From: Acidimicrobiales bacterium
Lineage (GTDB): Bacteria > Actinomycetota > Acidimicrobiia > Acidimicrobiales > Bog-793
Length of the DNA stretch: 64,000 nucleotides
Direction: 5' to 3'
Assembly (NCBI GenBank): GCA_049523315.1
Contig: JBEKMZ010000014.1
Span: 3,763-67,762, forward strand
In this document: one piece after another, positions 1 through 9,012 of the stretch
How the letters are laid out: every line of letters begins with the position of its first letter
How positions within the stretch are numbered: the first letter of the stretch is position 1
Position numbers and translations under genes: made by a program
The notes under the pieces: generated by a model
The model's input: only the letters and a program-made list of their open reading frames with translations
Databases searched by the model: none
What the model was told of the DNA's origin: nothing

Positions 1-94
1 CGGCCGCCACCGGCGAGGCGCCGCAGCCAGGAGCCCTCCCGATGGTCGTCCCGCGCCTTCGGCTCGCTCGATTCGTCCACGTCTCCTCTTTCGC

Positions 95-1630
95 TCAATG
101 GTTCGTGGCACGCCGCGGGAAGAGCGGCTCGCCCTTTGTCACCCTCAGGCCATCCGGGTACCCGCCCCAGGAGAGCACGCCGTCGTCGCCAGCCGCGCCA
201 GGCTCGTCAGGCCGGCCCGCGAGCCCAATCCGCGCCCACAGCTCGGCCGCGATGCTCGGCATTACCGGCGAGACGAGCACGGCCACGATGCGGAGCGCTT
301 CGAGGGCGTCCCCGAGCACGGCGTCGATGGCGGGACCGGGCTCGAGCTTCCACGGCTCGACGGCCTCGAGCTCGGCGTTCGCCGCCCGGACCAGGCGCCA
401 GGTCGCTTCCAGGGCCTCGTGGCCGGCAAAGCGCCCCCAGGCGGCCCGCCAGGCGGTCACGACTTCGCCCGCCACCTCGCTGAGCCGGACACCGGGGACG
501 GCGGGCCTCGGGGCGGGGCCAATACCGCCGCGCTTTGAGGCGACGACGGCCGCGACCCGGGCCAGAAGGTTCCCCAGGTTGTTGGCGAGATCCGAGTTGT
601 ACCTCGCTACGAGACCCTCGTAGGTGAAGTCTCCGTCAGCGCCGAGTGTCACCTCGCGCACGAGGTGGTACCTGAGCGCGTCGACGCCGATGTCATCGGC
701 GAGCTCGACGGGGTCGATCTGGTTCAGCTTCGTCTTCGACATCTTCTCGCCGCCCACCAGCAGCCATCCGTGGACAATGAAGCGCGCCGGCGGGTCAATA
801 CCCGCGGCGAGGCACATCGCCGGCCACCAGACACAGTGGAAGCGGATGATGTCCTTGCCCAACAGGTGATGGACGGCGGGCCACCACTCGGAGAAACGAC
901 CGGGGTCCTCTCCGTAGCCGATGGCGGTTATGTAGTTGATGAGAGCGTCGTACCACACATAGACGACATGGGCGCCGTCCCAGGGCACCGGTATGCCCCA
1001 GTCGATCGAGGTCCTCGTGATCGAGATGTCCTGCAGGCCGCCCTTGATGATCCCGAGCGCCTCGTTACGTCGGGACTCGGGGAAGACGGCCTCGGGATGG
1101 CTCTCGTACCACTCGAGCAGGGGCTGCTCGAAACGTGAGAGCTCGAAGAACCAGTTCTCCTCCGTGAGCCACTCCACCGGCCGCTCGTGGATGGGGCAGA
1201 GCTGGCCCTCGGACAAGTCGCCTTCTGGGTAATAGGCCTCGCACGAGACGCAGTACCAGCCCTCGTACAGGCCTTTGTGCATGTAGCCGTTGTCGTAGAT
1301 CGCCTGCATGAACCGCTGCACACTCTCGTGGTGGCGCGCCTCGGTCGTGCGGATGAAGTCGTCGTTGGAGATATCGAGCGCCGCCCAGGCCTCGATGTAG
1401 CGGCGGCTCATACGATCGACCCACTCCTGGGGCGCGAGGCCCTGTTCGTGGGCCGCCCGGGCCATCTTCAGGCCATGCTCGTCGGTGCCGGTCAGGAACC
1501 ACGAGTCGTCGCCGACGAGGCGGTGAAAGCGGACGAGCGCATCCGCGTTGACAGTCGAGTACGCCGTACCGAGATGGGGGGCGTCGTTGACGTAGTAGAT
1601 GGGCGTGGTCAGGAAGAAACGGCCGGGCAC
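95..1630 (-). CDS. metG: methionine--tRNA ligase
   Basis: 511-aa ORF. N-terminus TTPIYYVNDAPHLGTAYS (HIGH-type region) and a KMSKT loop (GEKMSKTKLNQ). Class I aaRS MetRS pattern along the whole length. Confidence 0.95.
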   Translation of the reverse strand: MPGRFFLTTPIYYVNDAPHLGTAYSTVNADALVRFHRLVGDDSWFLTGTDEHGLKMARAAHEQGLAPQEWVDRMSRRYIEAWAALDISNDDFIRTTEARHHESVQRFMQAIYDNGYMHKGLYEGWYCVSCEAYYPEGDLSEGQLCPIHERPVEWLTEENWFFELSRFEQPLLEWYESHPEAVFPESRRNEALGIIKGGLQDISITRTSIDWGIPVPWDGAHVVYVWYDALINYITAIGYGEDPGRFSEWWPAVHHLLGKDIIRFHCVWWPAMCLAAGIDPPARFIVHGWLLVGGEKMSKTKLNQIDPVELADDIGVDALRYHLVREVTLGADGDFTYEGLVARYNSDLANNLGNLLARVAAVVASKRGGIGPAPRPAVPGVRLSEVAGEVVTAWRAAWGRFAGHEALEATWRLVRAANAELEAVEPWKLEPGPAIDAVLGDALEALRIVAVLVSPVMPSIAAELWARIGLAGRPDEPGAAGDDGVLSWGGYPDGLRVTKGEPLFPRRATNH

Positions 1631-1639
1631 CCTCCCAAG

Positions 1640-2497
1640 TTACCGGTCGCCGCGGGCGAGCGAAGTCTCGTAGGCGAACCGCTTCGGCACCCCTAGCTCG
1701 TCTGCCGCCTCGCTGGCGGCCTGGCGGCGGCTCAACCCCGCCGACATCCGGCTCTCGACTGCGAGCGTGACCTCCTCCGGGCTCGGGAGCGAGCGCTGTT
1801 GCGGGGGCGCCCCGGCGACCACGAGGACGTGCTCACCTCGCGCCGGAGTCGCGGAGCTGCGCTCGCAGGCCTGTTCCAAAGTGCCGCGCCAGGTCTCCTC
1901 GAATCGCTTGGTCAGCTCACGGCAGAGCGCGACCTTGCGACCGGGGCCGCACACTTGGGCGAGGTCGGCCAGGGTCGAGCCGACCCGCGTCGGCGCCTCG
2001 TAGATGACGCTCGGGTGGGGCGCCGACGCGATCTCCGACAAACGGGCGGCGCGCTGGGGCCCCCGGCGCGGTAAGAAGCCCTCGAAGCGCCAGCGGGAGG
2101 TCCCGAGCCCGGCGACGACGATGGCGCTGAGAACCGCGGAGGCACCGGGCACGGTCGTGACCTTGTGCCCGGCCGCGATGGCGGCCGAGATCAGCACCTC
2201 GCCCGGGTCCGAGACCGTCGGGGTGCCGGCGTCGCTCACGAGCGCCACGAGGGCTCCCTTGTCGAGGAGGCCGAGCACCTCTGCAACCCGCTCTCGCTCG
2301 TTGTAGGCATGCACCGAGACCAGGCGCTGTGCACGTAACCCGAGACGCGCGAGGAGCTGGCCGGTGTGGCGCGTGTCCTCGCAACACACGACGTCGGCCT
2401 CCTGGATCCTGGCCGCGGCGCGGGGCGAGAGATCGCCGATGTTGCCGATTGGGGTGGCGATCACGACGAGCTCGCCGCTTTGTACTGGCTTGGGCAT
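1640..2497 (-). CDS. rsmI: 16S rRNA (cytidine1402-2'-O)-methyltransferase RsmI
   Basis: ORF 1640..2590 trimmed to the ATG at 2497 (MPKPVQSGELVVIATPIGNIGDLSPRAAARIQEADVVCCEDTRHTG), which avoids overlap with the upstream DUF192 gene. Tetrapyrrole-methylase-fold RsmI signature. Confidence 0.9.
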   Translation of the reverse strand: MPKPVQSGELVVIATPIGNIGDLSPRAAARIQEADVVCCEDTRHTGQLLARLGLRAQRLVSVHAYNERERVAEVLGLLDKGALVALVSDAGTPTVSDPGEVLISAAIAAGHKVTTVPGASAVLSAIVVAGLGTSRWRFEGFLPRRGPQRAARLSEIASAPHPSVIYEAPTRVGSTLADLAQVCGPGRKVALCRELTKRFEETWRGTLEQACERSSATPARGEHVLVVAGAPPQQRSLPSPEEVTLAVESRMSAGLSRRQAASEAADELGVPKRFAYETSLARGDR

Positions 2498-2547
2498 CCC
2501 CGCGGCGCCGGGGACGTCACCGCCCGCGCCGAGGGGGCGCCCGTCTC

Positions 2548-2877
2548 TCACCCCTTGATCTCCAGCTGGTCGCCTGCGACTAGGTTCCACCTTGCGAACG
2601 CGCCCGCCTCGGCCTCGAGCACGGACCGTCCCCCGCGGCGCGGGAGGGCGATGCGCTGGCGGGCGAGCGTCGTCGTCGCGACGACGCGGAGGTCGTCGGT
2701 CAAAAAGGCGACGTCAATGGCGAACCGCATCCCGATCGTGTGCACCGAGCGCGTGCCGCGCAGCAGCATGGCCCCCTCGTAGCTCTTCTTGCCGAGCAGG
2801 CCCCGCGACCTCGCCATGAGCGACGAGGCGACCTCGACGCTCGCGAGCACCTCGCCGTCACACAACAGCCAAGCCAT
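2548..2877 (-). CDS. DUF192 domain-containing protein
   Basis: C-terminal part of ORF 2548..2973. MAWLLCDGEVLASVEVASSLMARSRGLLGKK...MLLRGTRSVHTIGMRFAIDVAFL...VLEAEAGAFARWNLVAGDQLEIKG matches the DUF192 pattern. Start set at the ATG at 2877. Confidence 0.75.
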   Translation of the reverse strand: MAWLLCDGEVLASVEVASSLMARSRGLLGKKSYEGAMLLRGTRSVHTIGMRFAIDVAFLTDDLRVVATTTLARQRIALPRRGGRSVLEAEAGAFARWNLVAGDQLEIKG

Positions 2878-2989
2878 TTGATCCGTCCCTGTAGCGGCCC
2901 GAGCCGTGAGCCCTACTGCAACGCTACCGAACGGTCGCACCACGGTGGCAAAAGGTCTCCTGGCGGCGAGCAACTACACTGTCCCGCTT

Positions 2990-3073
2990 GTGTCCAAGCG
3001 AACTGTGAAGCGCAAGCTGCGAAAGAAGAAGAAGGCCAACCACGGCAAGAAGCCGAACTGCGGTCGCGGCTGA
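2990..3073 (+). CDS. candidate ribosomal protein bL37-like ultra-basic peptide (27 aa)
   Basis: Not in the ORF track because it is under 60 aa. GTG TCC AAG CGA ... TGA reads (M)SKRTVKRKLRKKKKANHGKKPNCGRG. The KANHGK(K/R)PN core resembles actinobacterial bL37. It fills an otherwise empty 200-nt gap. An alternative in-frame GTG lies at 2945. Confidence 0.55.
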   Translation: MSKRTVKRKLRKKKKANHGKKPNCGRG

Positions 3074-3076
3074 CCC

Positions 3077-3937
3077 TTAGATCTTCCAGTTCGCTCCCAG
3101 GCGGCCAAGCTCGGCCGCGAGCACGCTCGGCTTGTCGGAGATGATCCCGTCGACGCCGAGGTTCACGAGATGAGCCATCTCCGCCGGCTCGTCGATCGTC
3201 CAGACGTGCACCGCGAGCCCGCTCGAGTGCGCCGCATCGACGAATCTCTCGTCCACGATTGTGAGCGGGCCCCAACGCACAGGTGGTTGGAGGGCGACGT
3301 AGCGCCCGATGCCGTCCTGCGGCCCCTCGCCCGCCTGCAGACGGCGGTAGAACTCGGTCGTCGCGTCGGAACCGGCCGCGATGGCGACACCGGGCGCGAG
3401 TCTTGAGAAGGCGGCTGTCGCCGCGTCCGAGAACGAGGCCACGATGACGTCGTCCGTGCGCCCGTGCTCGCTTAGCTCCCGTGCGAGGAGCTCCTCGTAG
3501 GCGACGACGTCGGGGGCAGTGCGCTTGATGTCGAGATTGAGCACGACGCCGGGGAAGGCCTCGATCACCTCTGAAAGGGTCGCGACGCCGAGGTCCCGAT
3601 CGGACGGCGCGTGCCCCCTAAGCGGGTAGTCCTCGGCTGGGTGACCCCGGACGGCGTCCTCGCCGGGGCGATACCAGTACGCGTTGTCGAGCTGGCGCAG
3701 CTCGTCGAGGTCCAGGCCGGCGATCTCACCCGTGGCATTGGTCGTGCGGTCCACGGTCGGGTCGTGGCAGACCACGATCCGGCCGTCGCGGGTTGCATGG
3801 ACGTCGAGCTCGATCGCCGTCGCCCCACGCTCCAGTGCTCGCCTGATGGCGAAAAGTGTGCTGGAAGGGGCCTCTTTCGCGCCGCCCTGGTGGGCGAAGG
3901 CGATCACGCGCCGCTCGAGCCAGACGTTGTCTGCCAC
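3077..3937 (-). CDS. glycerophosphodiester phosphodiesterase family protein
   Basis: 286 aa. RVIAFAHQGGAKEAPSSTLFAIRRALERGATAIELDVHATRDGRIVVCHDPTVDRTTN is the typical GDPD (GlpQ/UgpQ-like) N-terminal catalytic region. Confidence 0.85.
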   Translation of the reverse strand: MADNVWLERRVIAFAHQGGAKEAPSSTLFAIRRALERGATAIELDVHATRDGRIVVCHDPTVDRTTNATGEIAGLDLDELRQLDNAYWYRPGEDAVRGHPAEDYPLRGHAPSDRDLGVATLSEVIEAFPGVVLNLDIKRTAPDVVAYEELLARELSEHGRTDDVIVASFSDAATAAFSRLAPGVAIAAGSDATTEFYRRLQAGEGPQDGIGRYVALQPPVRWGPLTIVDERFVDAAHSSGLAVHVWTIDEPAEMAHLVNLGVDGIISDKPSVLAAELGRLGANWKI

Positions 3938-3997
3938 TACCGCTGTCTACCAGCTGAATGCGCCCGTAGCCCGCCATGCGGGTAGCCTCGGCTGGCC

Positions 3998-4606
3998 ATG
4001 ATCGATCACATACTCCTCGACGTGATCGCGGCCCTCCGCGAAGCCTTCGAGGGCGCCCTGTTGGAGCAGCAGGCGGTCGAGGAGCGCTTCCAGATAGACG
4101 TCTTCCTCGGCGACGTCGCCTTCGAGACCTCCTACAGCCTGCCCGGCGAGGACAGCCCGCCGCGGGTGAGGGCCGACCTAAGCCTCGATTGGCCGACCTG
4201 GAGCCAGAGCGCCTACAGGTCCTGGTCCATCGGCGAGCCCCCGGCCGAGCCGCCCGAGCTCGTCGTCGAGATAGCGCTTCGCGTCCAGCGCCTCGCCACG
4301 ACGCCCGATCCGGCCCTCGTCCTCGCAGCACTGTCCGGAGAGGTGCCCGAGTTCGGGTCCGAGCGCCTCGAGCAGTCCGGGCCGATGATCGAGCAGCTCT
4401 ACGAGCCCACCTCGGCCAGCCCGGCCTGTGCGATCGAGATCGCCTACCAGGGCAGCATCCGCTTGGAGGAGCCTGTCCTCGACGACCCGACCAAGCTCGA
4501 CGGCCAGGTTGCCGGCCTCGCCCGCTGGGTCGCCTCTGCCCTCGTGCGCCTCGCCGACCTCAACCTCGCCTTCCTGCCCCCTGACGAGGACGCCGACCGG
4601 GCCTGA
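3998..4606 (+). CDS. hypothetical protein (acidic, no recognisable domain)
   Basis: 202-aa ORF with normal-looking amino-acid composition, unlike the Arg/Pro-rich overlapping frames. It fills the gap between the GDPD and kinase genes. I recognise no motif. Confidence 0.5.
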   Translation: MIDHILLDVIAALREAFEGALLEQQAVEERFQIDVFLGDVAFETSYSLPGEDSPPRVRADLSLDWPTWSQSAYRSWSIGEPPAEPPELVVEIALRVQRLATTPDPALVLAALSGEVPEFGSERLEQSGPMIEQLYEPTSASPACAIEIAYQGSIRLEEPVLDDPTKLDGQVAGLARWVASALVRLADLNLAFLPPDEDADRA

Positions 4607-4631
4607 TCGGCCAGGCCCGCTCTCTCGGCCT

Positions 4632-5717
4632 CTAGAACGGGCCGGCGAGACCTGTCTTTGCTGCCAGCGCGCGCAGCGATTCGCGCGGCTGTGCCCCGAG
4701 ATGCGAGACGATCTCGGCCGCCGCCAGAGCACCGAGCGCGCCCGCGACCTCGAGCGGCGCCCCGTGGACGAGGCCGTGCAGGACCCCGGCCGCGAACAGG
4801 TCCCCGGCGCCGGTCGTGTCGTCCACCGGGCCGACCGACCAGGCCTTCACCCTTGCCCGCTCGCCCCGGTCCACGAGCACGGCCCCCTCGGGCCCGAGAG
4901 TCACCGCCGCCACGAGGCCCGGGCGGTCGAGGGCAACGAGCGCCCCGGACAGGTCGGCCTCTCCCGTGAAACGCCGCGCCTCTTCCTCGTTGGCGAATAG
5001 CAGGTCCACCCGCCCGTCGAGGAGCTCTTTCAAGGCGTCGCCGTGTCGTTCGACGAGAAAGGGGTCCGACAAGCTGACCGCTACGAGGACACCGGCGCCC
5101 TTCGCGATCTCGATGGCCCGCTCCATCGCTCTGAAGGTCGCGGGGGAGTCGAGCAGGTAGCCCTCGAGGTACAAGGCCGCGGCCTCGGCCACCTCGGCCT
5201 GCTCGACGCAAGCGACGTCGATCACTACGCCCGCGCCAAGGTTCGTGGCCATCGTCCGGCCCGAATCCGCGGTGACGAGCACCAGGCACTGGCCGGTAGT
5301 ACGGCCCTCCAGGTCGCGGCCGAGCACGCAACGAACACCGTGGGCGGACAGGTCGCGCTCGTAGCCCTCGCCGAGGGCGTCTGTGCCCACCGAGCCGACG
5401 AAGCTCGGTCGATCGCCGAGCGAGGCGAGGCCCGCCGCAGTGTTGGCGGCCGATCCCCCGGCGACTTGGACCCAGTCGGGCACGAGCCCGACGATCCTCG
5501 CGATCTGAGCGCCGTCGACGAGTGTCATCGAGCCCGGCTCTACCCCCGAGGAGACGACCGTGGCCTCGGCGACGTGCGCGAGCCGGTCGACGATGGCATG
5601 GCCCATGCACACGACCTCGGTTCTCCGGCCCCCTTCGGCCTGCTTCGGGGCAGTGGCGGCGGGACTGATCGATCCGGGCTCCGGCACGAGCCCCGACCGT
5701 AGCGGGTCCTGGACCAT
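4632..5717 (-). CDS. PfkB-family carbohydrate/adenosine kinase
   Basis: VVCMGHAIVDRL..., GGSAANTAAGLASLG and a C-terminal DTTGAGDLFAAGVLHG (PfkB signature 2). The start is uncertain: the ATG at 5717 leaves only 16 nt to divergent pepN, and an internal GTG near 5612 (VCMGHAIVD) gives a more typical N-terminus. Confidence 0.8.
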   Translation of the reverse strand: MVQDPLRSGLVPEPGSISPAATAPKQAEGGRRTEVVCMGHAIVDRLAHVAEATVVSSGVEPGSMTLVDGAQIARIVGLVPDWVQVAGGSAANTAAGLASLGDRPSFVGSVGTDALGEGYERDLSAHGVRCVLGRDLEGRTTGQCLVLVTADSGRTMATNLGAGVVIDVACVEQAEVAEAAALYLEGYLLDSPATFRAMERAIEIAKGAGVLVAVSLSDPFLVERHGDALKELLDGRVDLLFANEEEARRFTGEADLSGALVALDRPGLVAAVTLGPEGAVLVDRGERARVKAWSVGPVDDTTGAGDLFAAGVLHGLVHGAPLEVAGALGALAAAEIVSHLGAQPRESLRALAAKTGLAGPF

Positions 5718-5733
5718 GGGCGACTAATCTTCG

Positions 5734-8352
5734 GTGCTCGTGACCGTGAACACAGACGAACGAGACTTCAGGCTCCCCCGCGACGTCGTACCGACCCGCT
5801 ACGAGCTCACCATTGCACCGGACCTCGACGCAGCTGCGTTCCTCGGCCACGTACGCATCGAGCTCGAGGTGACGAGCCCGACTAGCTCCATCGTCTGCAA
5901 CGCCGCTGAGCTCGAGATCACCGCCGCCACGCTCAGCTGGCCGGGCGCCTCACCGCAGCGGATCGAGCTCGCGGTCTCCTTCGAGGAAGGGCTCGAACGG
6001 GTCACCTTCTCCCCGCCGCGCCAGATCCTGCCGGGCCCATATGTCCTCGAGTGCGACTTCTCGGGTGTGCTGAACGACAAGCTCCGTGGGTTTTACCGCA
6101 GCACATTCCGGGACGAGGAGGGCAACGAGCACGTCCTGGCCGTGACCCAGTTCGAGTCGACAGACGCACGCAGGGCTTTTCCTTGCTGGGACGAGCCGGA
6201 TCGCAAGGCCGTCTTCTCGGTCGCGCTCGAGGTCGACTCGGGCCTGCTGGCGATCTCGAACGCCGCCGAGCGCCGCGCGACGGAGCTCCCGGGCGGCAAG
6301 CGCCGCCATGAGTTCGCGGACACCATCCCGATGTCGACCTACCTCGTCGCCTTCGTCATCGGGCCGCTCGCGGCGACCGAGGCCGTTGACGTGGACGGCA
6401 CGCAGCTGCGCATTGTCCACACCGCCGGCAAGGAGCACCTGACGGGCTTCGCAATCGAGGCCGCGCGGCACTCGTTGCGTTTTTTCACCGAGTACTTCGC
6501 CCAGCCCTACCCGGGCGACAAGCTCGATCTCGTCGCGATCCCGGACTTCGCGTTCGGGGCGATGGAGAATCTCGGCTGCGTCACCTTCCGGGAGGTCGAG
6601 CTGCTCACCGACCCCGCCCGCTCGGCCCGCCACGAGCTCCAGAACGTGGCCTCGGTGATCGGCCACGAGCTCGCCCACATGTGGTTCGGGGATCTCGTGA
6701 CTATGAGCTGGTGGAACGGAGTCTGGCTCAACGAGTCCTTCGCCACCTACATGGCGCTTTGCTACCTGGACGACTTCAAACCCGAATTCAAGTGCTGGGT
6801 AGGCTTCAGCCGCGACCGTGAGATGGCGCTGTCTTTGGACGGGCTCCACTCGACACGCCCGATCGAGTTCCCCGTCCAGACTCCCGGTGAGGTCGAGTCG
6901 ATGTTCGACGTCCTCACCTACGAGAAGGGCGCCAGCCTGCTCCGCATGCTCGAGCAGTACCTCGGCACGGACCGCTTCCGCGACGGCGTCCGGCGCTACC
7001 TGGCCGACCACCGCTACGGCAACACCGAGACGACCGACTTGTGGGACGCCATCGAGGCCTCGGCCGAGGGACGACCGATCCGGGCGATGATGGACTCGTG
7101 GATCCGCCAGGGCGGCCATCCCCTCGTGACCGCGCGGGCGCACGGCGCTGAGGTCGTCATCACCCAACAGCCATTCTTCTACCTGCCCGATGGCGACAGG
7201 CCGGAGGCGTCCGGATCGAGCGCCATCGGCTCGGCGTGGCTCGTCCCCGTCGCGCTCGCCCGCCGGCCTGGCCCCGGCCAGGGGACCGCCGGCGAGACCC
7301 GTCACGAGCTGCTGCGCGCCGAACCCCTGCACGTGCCGCCCGGCGACGGGACGCTCGTGGTCAACGCGGGCGGGAGCGGCGTCTACAGGCTGCGCTATGA
7401 CGACGTGCTGCTCGCCGACATCCTCGCCGGCTTCGACCGCCTCGAGCCGCTCGAGCGCTTCAAGCACGTGGCCGACACCTGGGCCTGCGCACTCGCAAGC
7501 TCGACACCTCTCGAGCAGTTCCTCAGCCTCGTGCGCCGGCTCGAGGCTGAGAGCGAGCCGAGCGTTTGGGCCATGGTCGTCGGTGCCCTCAACACCTTGG
7601 ACTTCGCGGTCGCTGATGACGACCGCTTCGTCCTCCAGGCCTTCGTCCGGTCGCTGCTCGGTCCCGAGCTCGAGCGCGTCGGCTGGGACCCGAGCTCCGA
7701 GGACGACAACGAGGCGCCACGACGGCGCGCGGTCCTGATCGGGGCGCTCGGCACGCTCGGGGCCGACCCCGAGGTGCGTGCCGTGTGCCGCGACCGCTTC
7801 GCCGCCCTCGAGAGCGGAGTCCCGCTCGGAGTGGACATCGCCTCGGCGATCCTTCACGTCGTCGCCGCGACCGCAGGCCGCGGGGAATACGAGGCCCTCC
7901 TGGCTCGCTTGCGCTCCCCCGCCGACCCCCTCGAGGAACAGCGCTACCTCGACTCGCTCAGCTGTGTCTCGGACTCAGGCCTCGCGGCTGAGATCTGCGA
8001 GCTGTGTCTGAGTGAGATCCGCACTCAGGACGCCCCTTACCTGTTGCGCAAGCTCCTCATCAACCGTTTCGTCGGTCCTAAGGTCTGGGAGTTCGTAGCC
8101 GCTCACTGGGACACGCTCTTGGCGATGTACCCGGAGAACTCGATCCCGAGAATGGTCGAGGTCTCACGGCTTTGCCACCTAGACGCCGACGGCACGCCCA
8201 GGCTGGCTCGTCGGGTCACGGACTTCCTCGAGACCCACCGCCTCGGAGGCCAGAAAAGGCCCGTCGAGCAGAGCCTCGAACGACTCGCCGTGAATGTCCG
8301 CTTCGTGCTGGAGCAACGACCCCACCTGCGGTCCCTCCTCGTCAAGGCATGA
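5734..8352 (+). CDS. pepN: aminopeptidase N (M1 family)
   Basis: 872 aa. GAMEN exopeptidase motif (FAFGAMENLG) and zinc motif HELAHMWFGDLVTMSWWNGVWLNESFA (HEXXH-18-E). Confidence 0.93.
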   Translation: MLVTVNTDERDFRLPRDVVPTRYELTIAPDLDAAAFLGHVRIELEVTSPTSSIVCNAAELEITAATLSWPGASPQRIELAVSFEEGLERVTFSPPRQILPGPYVLECDFSGVLNDKLRGFYRSTFRDEEGNEHVLAVTQFESTDARRAFPCWDEPDRKAVFSVALEVDSGLLAISNAAERRATELPGGKRRHEFADTIPMSTYLVAFVIGPLAATEAVDVDGTQLRIVHTAGKEHLTGFAIEAARHSLRFFTEYFAQPYPGDKLDLVAIPDFAFGAMENLGCVTFREVELLTDPARSARHELQNVASVIGHELAHMWFGDLVTMSWWNGVWLNESFATYMALCYLDDFKPEFKCWVGFSRDREMALSLDGLHSTRPIEFPVQTPGEVESMFDVLTYEKGASLLRMLEQYLGTDRFRDGVRRYLADHRYGNTETTDLWDAIEASAEGRPIRAMMDSWIRQGGHPLVTARAHGAEVVITQQPFFYLPDGDRPEASGSSAIGSAWLVPVALARRPGPGQGTAGETRHELLRAEPLHVPPGDGTLVVNAGGSGVYRLRYDDVLLADILAGFDRLEPLERFKHVADTWACALASSTPLEQFLSLVRRLEAESEPSVWAMVVGALNTLDFAVADDDRFVLQAFVRSLLGPELERVGWDPSSEDDNEAPRRRAVLIGALGTLGADPEVRAVCRDRFAALESGVPLGVDIASAILHVVAATAGRGEYEALLARLRSPADPLEEQRYLDSLSCVSDSGLAAEICELCLSEIRTQDAPYLLRKLLINRFVGPKVWEFVAAHWDTLLAMYPENSIPRMVEVSRLCHLDADGTPRLARRVTDFLETHRLGGQKRPVEQSLERLAVNVRFVLEQRPHLRSLLVKA

Positions 8353-8367
8353 GCCTGAGAGGCGCCC

Positions 8368-8979
8368 GTGAACCTCGCCGTCGCGGCGACGACGTTCGCG
8401 CTCGTGATCCCGGCGGAGCTGCCTGACAAGACCTTCATTTCCTGCCTGGTCCTCTCCGCACGTCACCGTCCCTTGCCCGTCTGGGTCGGTGCCGTGGCCG
8501 CCCTCGTCGTCCAGGCCGGCATCGCCGTGATGGCCGGCGGCTTGCTCGCCCTTTTGCCCAAGCTCGTGGTGCGCGCGATCGTCGCCGCGCTGTTCCTCGG
8601 CGGTGCGGTCTATCTCTTGGCGAGCACCGAGCACGCCGAGCAGGAGCGGGGCGAGAGCCTGGCCTCGGGGGAGGAGCGCTCCCTGGCTGGTGGCGCCCCG
8701 AGCTTCTGGCGGATCTCCGCCATCACATTCGGAGTCGTCGCGCTGGCCGAGTTCGGCGACATCACCCAGGTCCTCATAGCCAACCTGGCCGCGCACTACC
8801 GGGACGACCAAGCCGTGTTCATTGGCGCAGCGCTAGCTTTTGCGCTCGTGTCGGTCCTCGGAGTGCTCGCCGGTCGGACGATCACGCGGGTGGTGCCTCT
8901 CGCCGTCGTGCGGCGCCTCTCGGGACTGGCCCTGTTGGGCTTCGGCATCTACTCGATCGTCTCGCTCGCGACGAGCTGA
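8368..8979 (+). CDS. UPF0016/GDT1 (TMEM165) family cation (Mn2+/Ca2+) transporter
   Basis: 203-aa polytopic membrane protein with the two family motifs E-x-x-D-K-T (AELPDKTF) and E-x-G-D-x-T (AEFGDITQ). Confidence 0.85.
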   Translation: MNLAVAATTFALVIPAELPDKTFISCLVLSARHRPLPVWVGAVAALVVQAGIAVMAGGLLALLPKLVVRAIVAALFLGGAVYLLASTEHAEQERGESLASGEERSLAGGAPSFWRISAITFGVVALAEFGDITQVLIANLAAHYRDDQAVFIGAALAFALVSVLGVLAGRTITRVVPLAVVRRLSGLALLGFGIYSIVSLATS

Positions 8980-9012
8980 GACGCCGGCATCCACCGAGCC
9001 TGTGACGAACGC

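Noticed and set aside
4444-5850. 468-aa minus-strand ORF overlapping the PfkB kinase
   Set aside because: It is an alternate frame of the kinase gene. Its composition is extremely Arg/Gly/Pro-rich (RRRGRGR runs), while the kinase frame carries the PfkB signatures.
5950-7857. 635-aa minus-strand ORF
   Set aside because: It is entirely antisense to pepN, which has unambiguous GAMEN and HEXXH-E motifs. Its translation is Arg/Gly/Asp/Glu/Pro-rich with no motifs. This is a typical high-GC antisense open frame.
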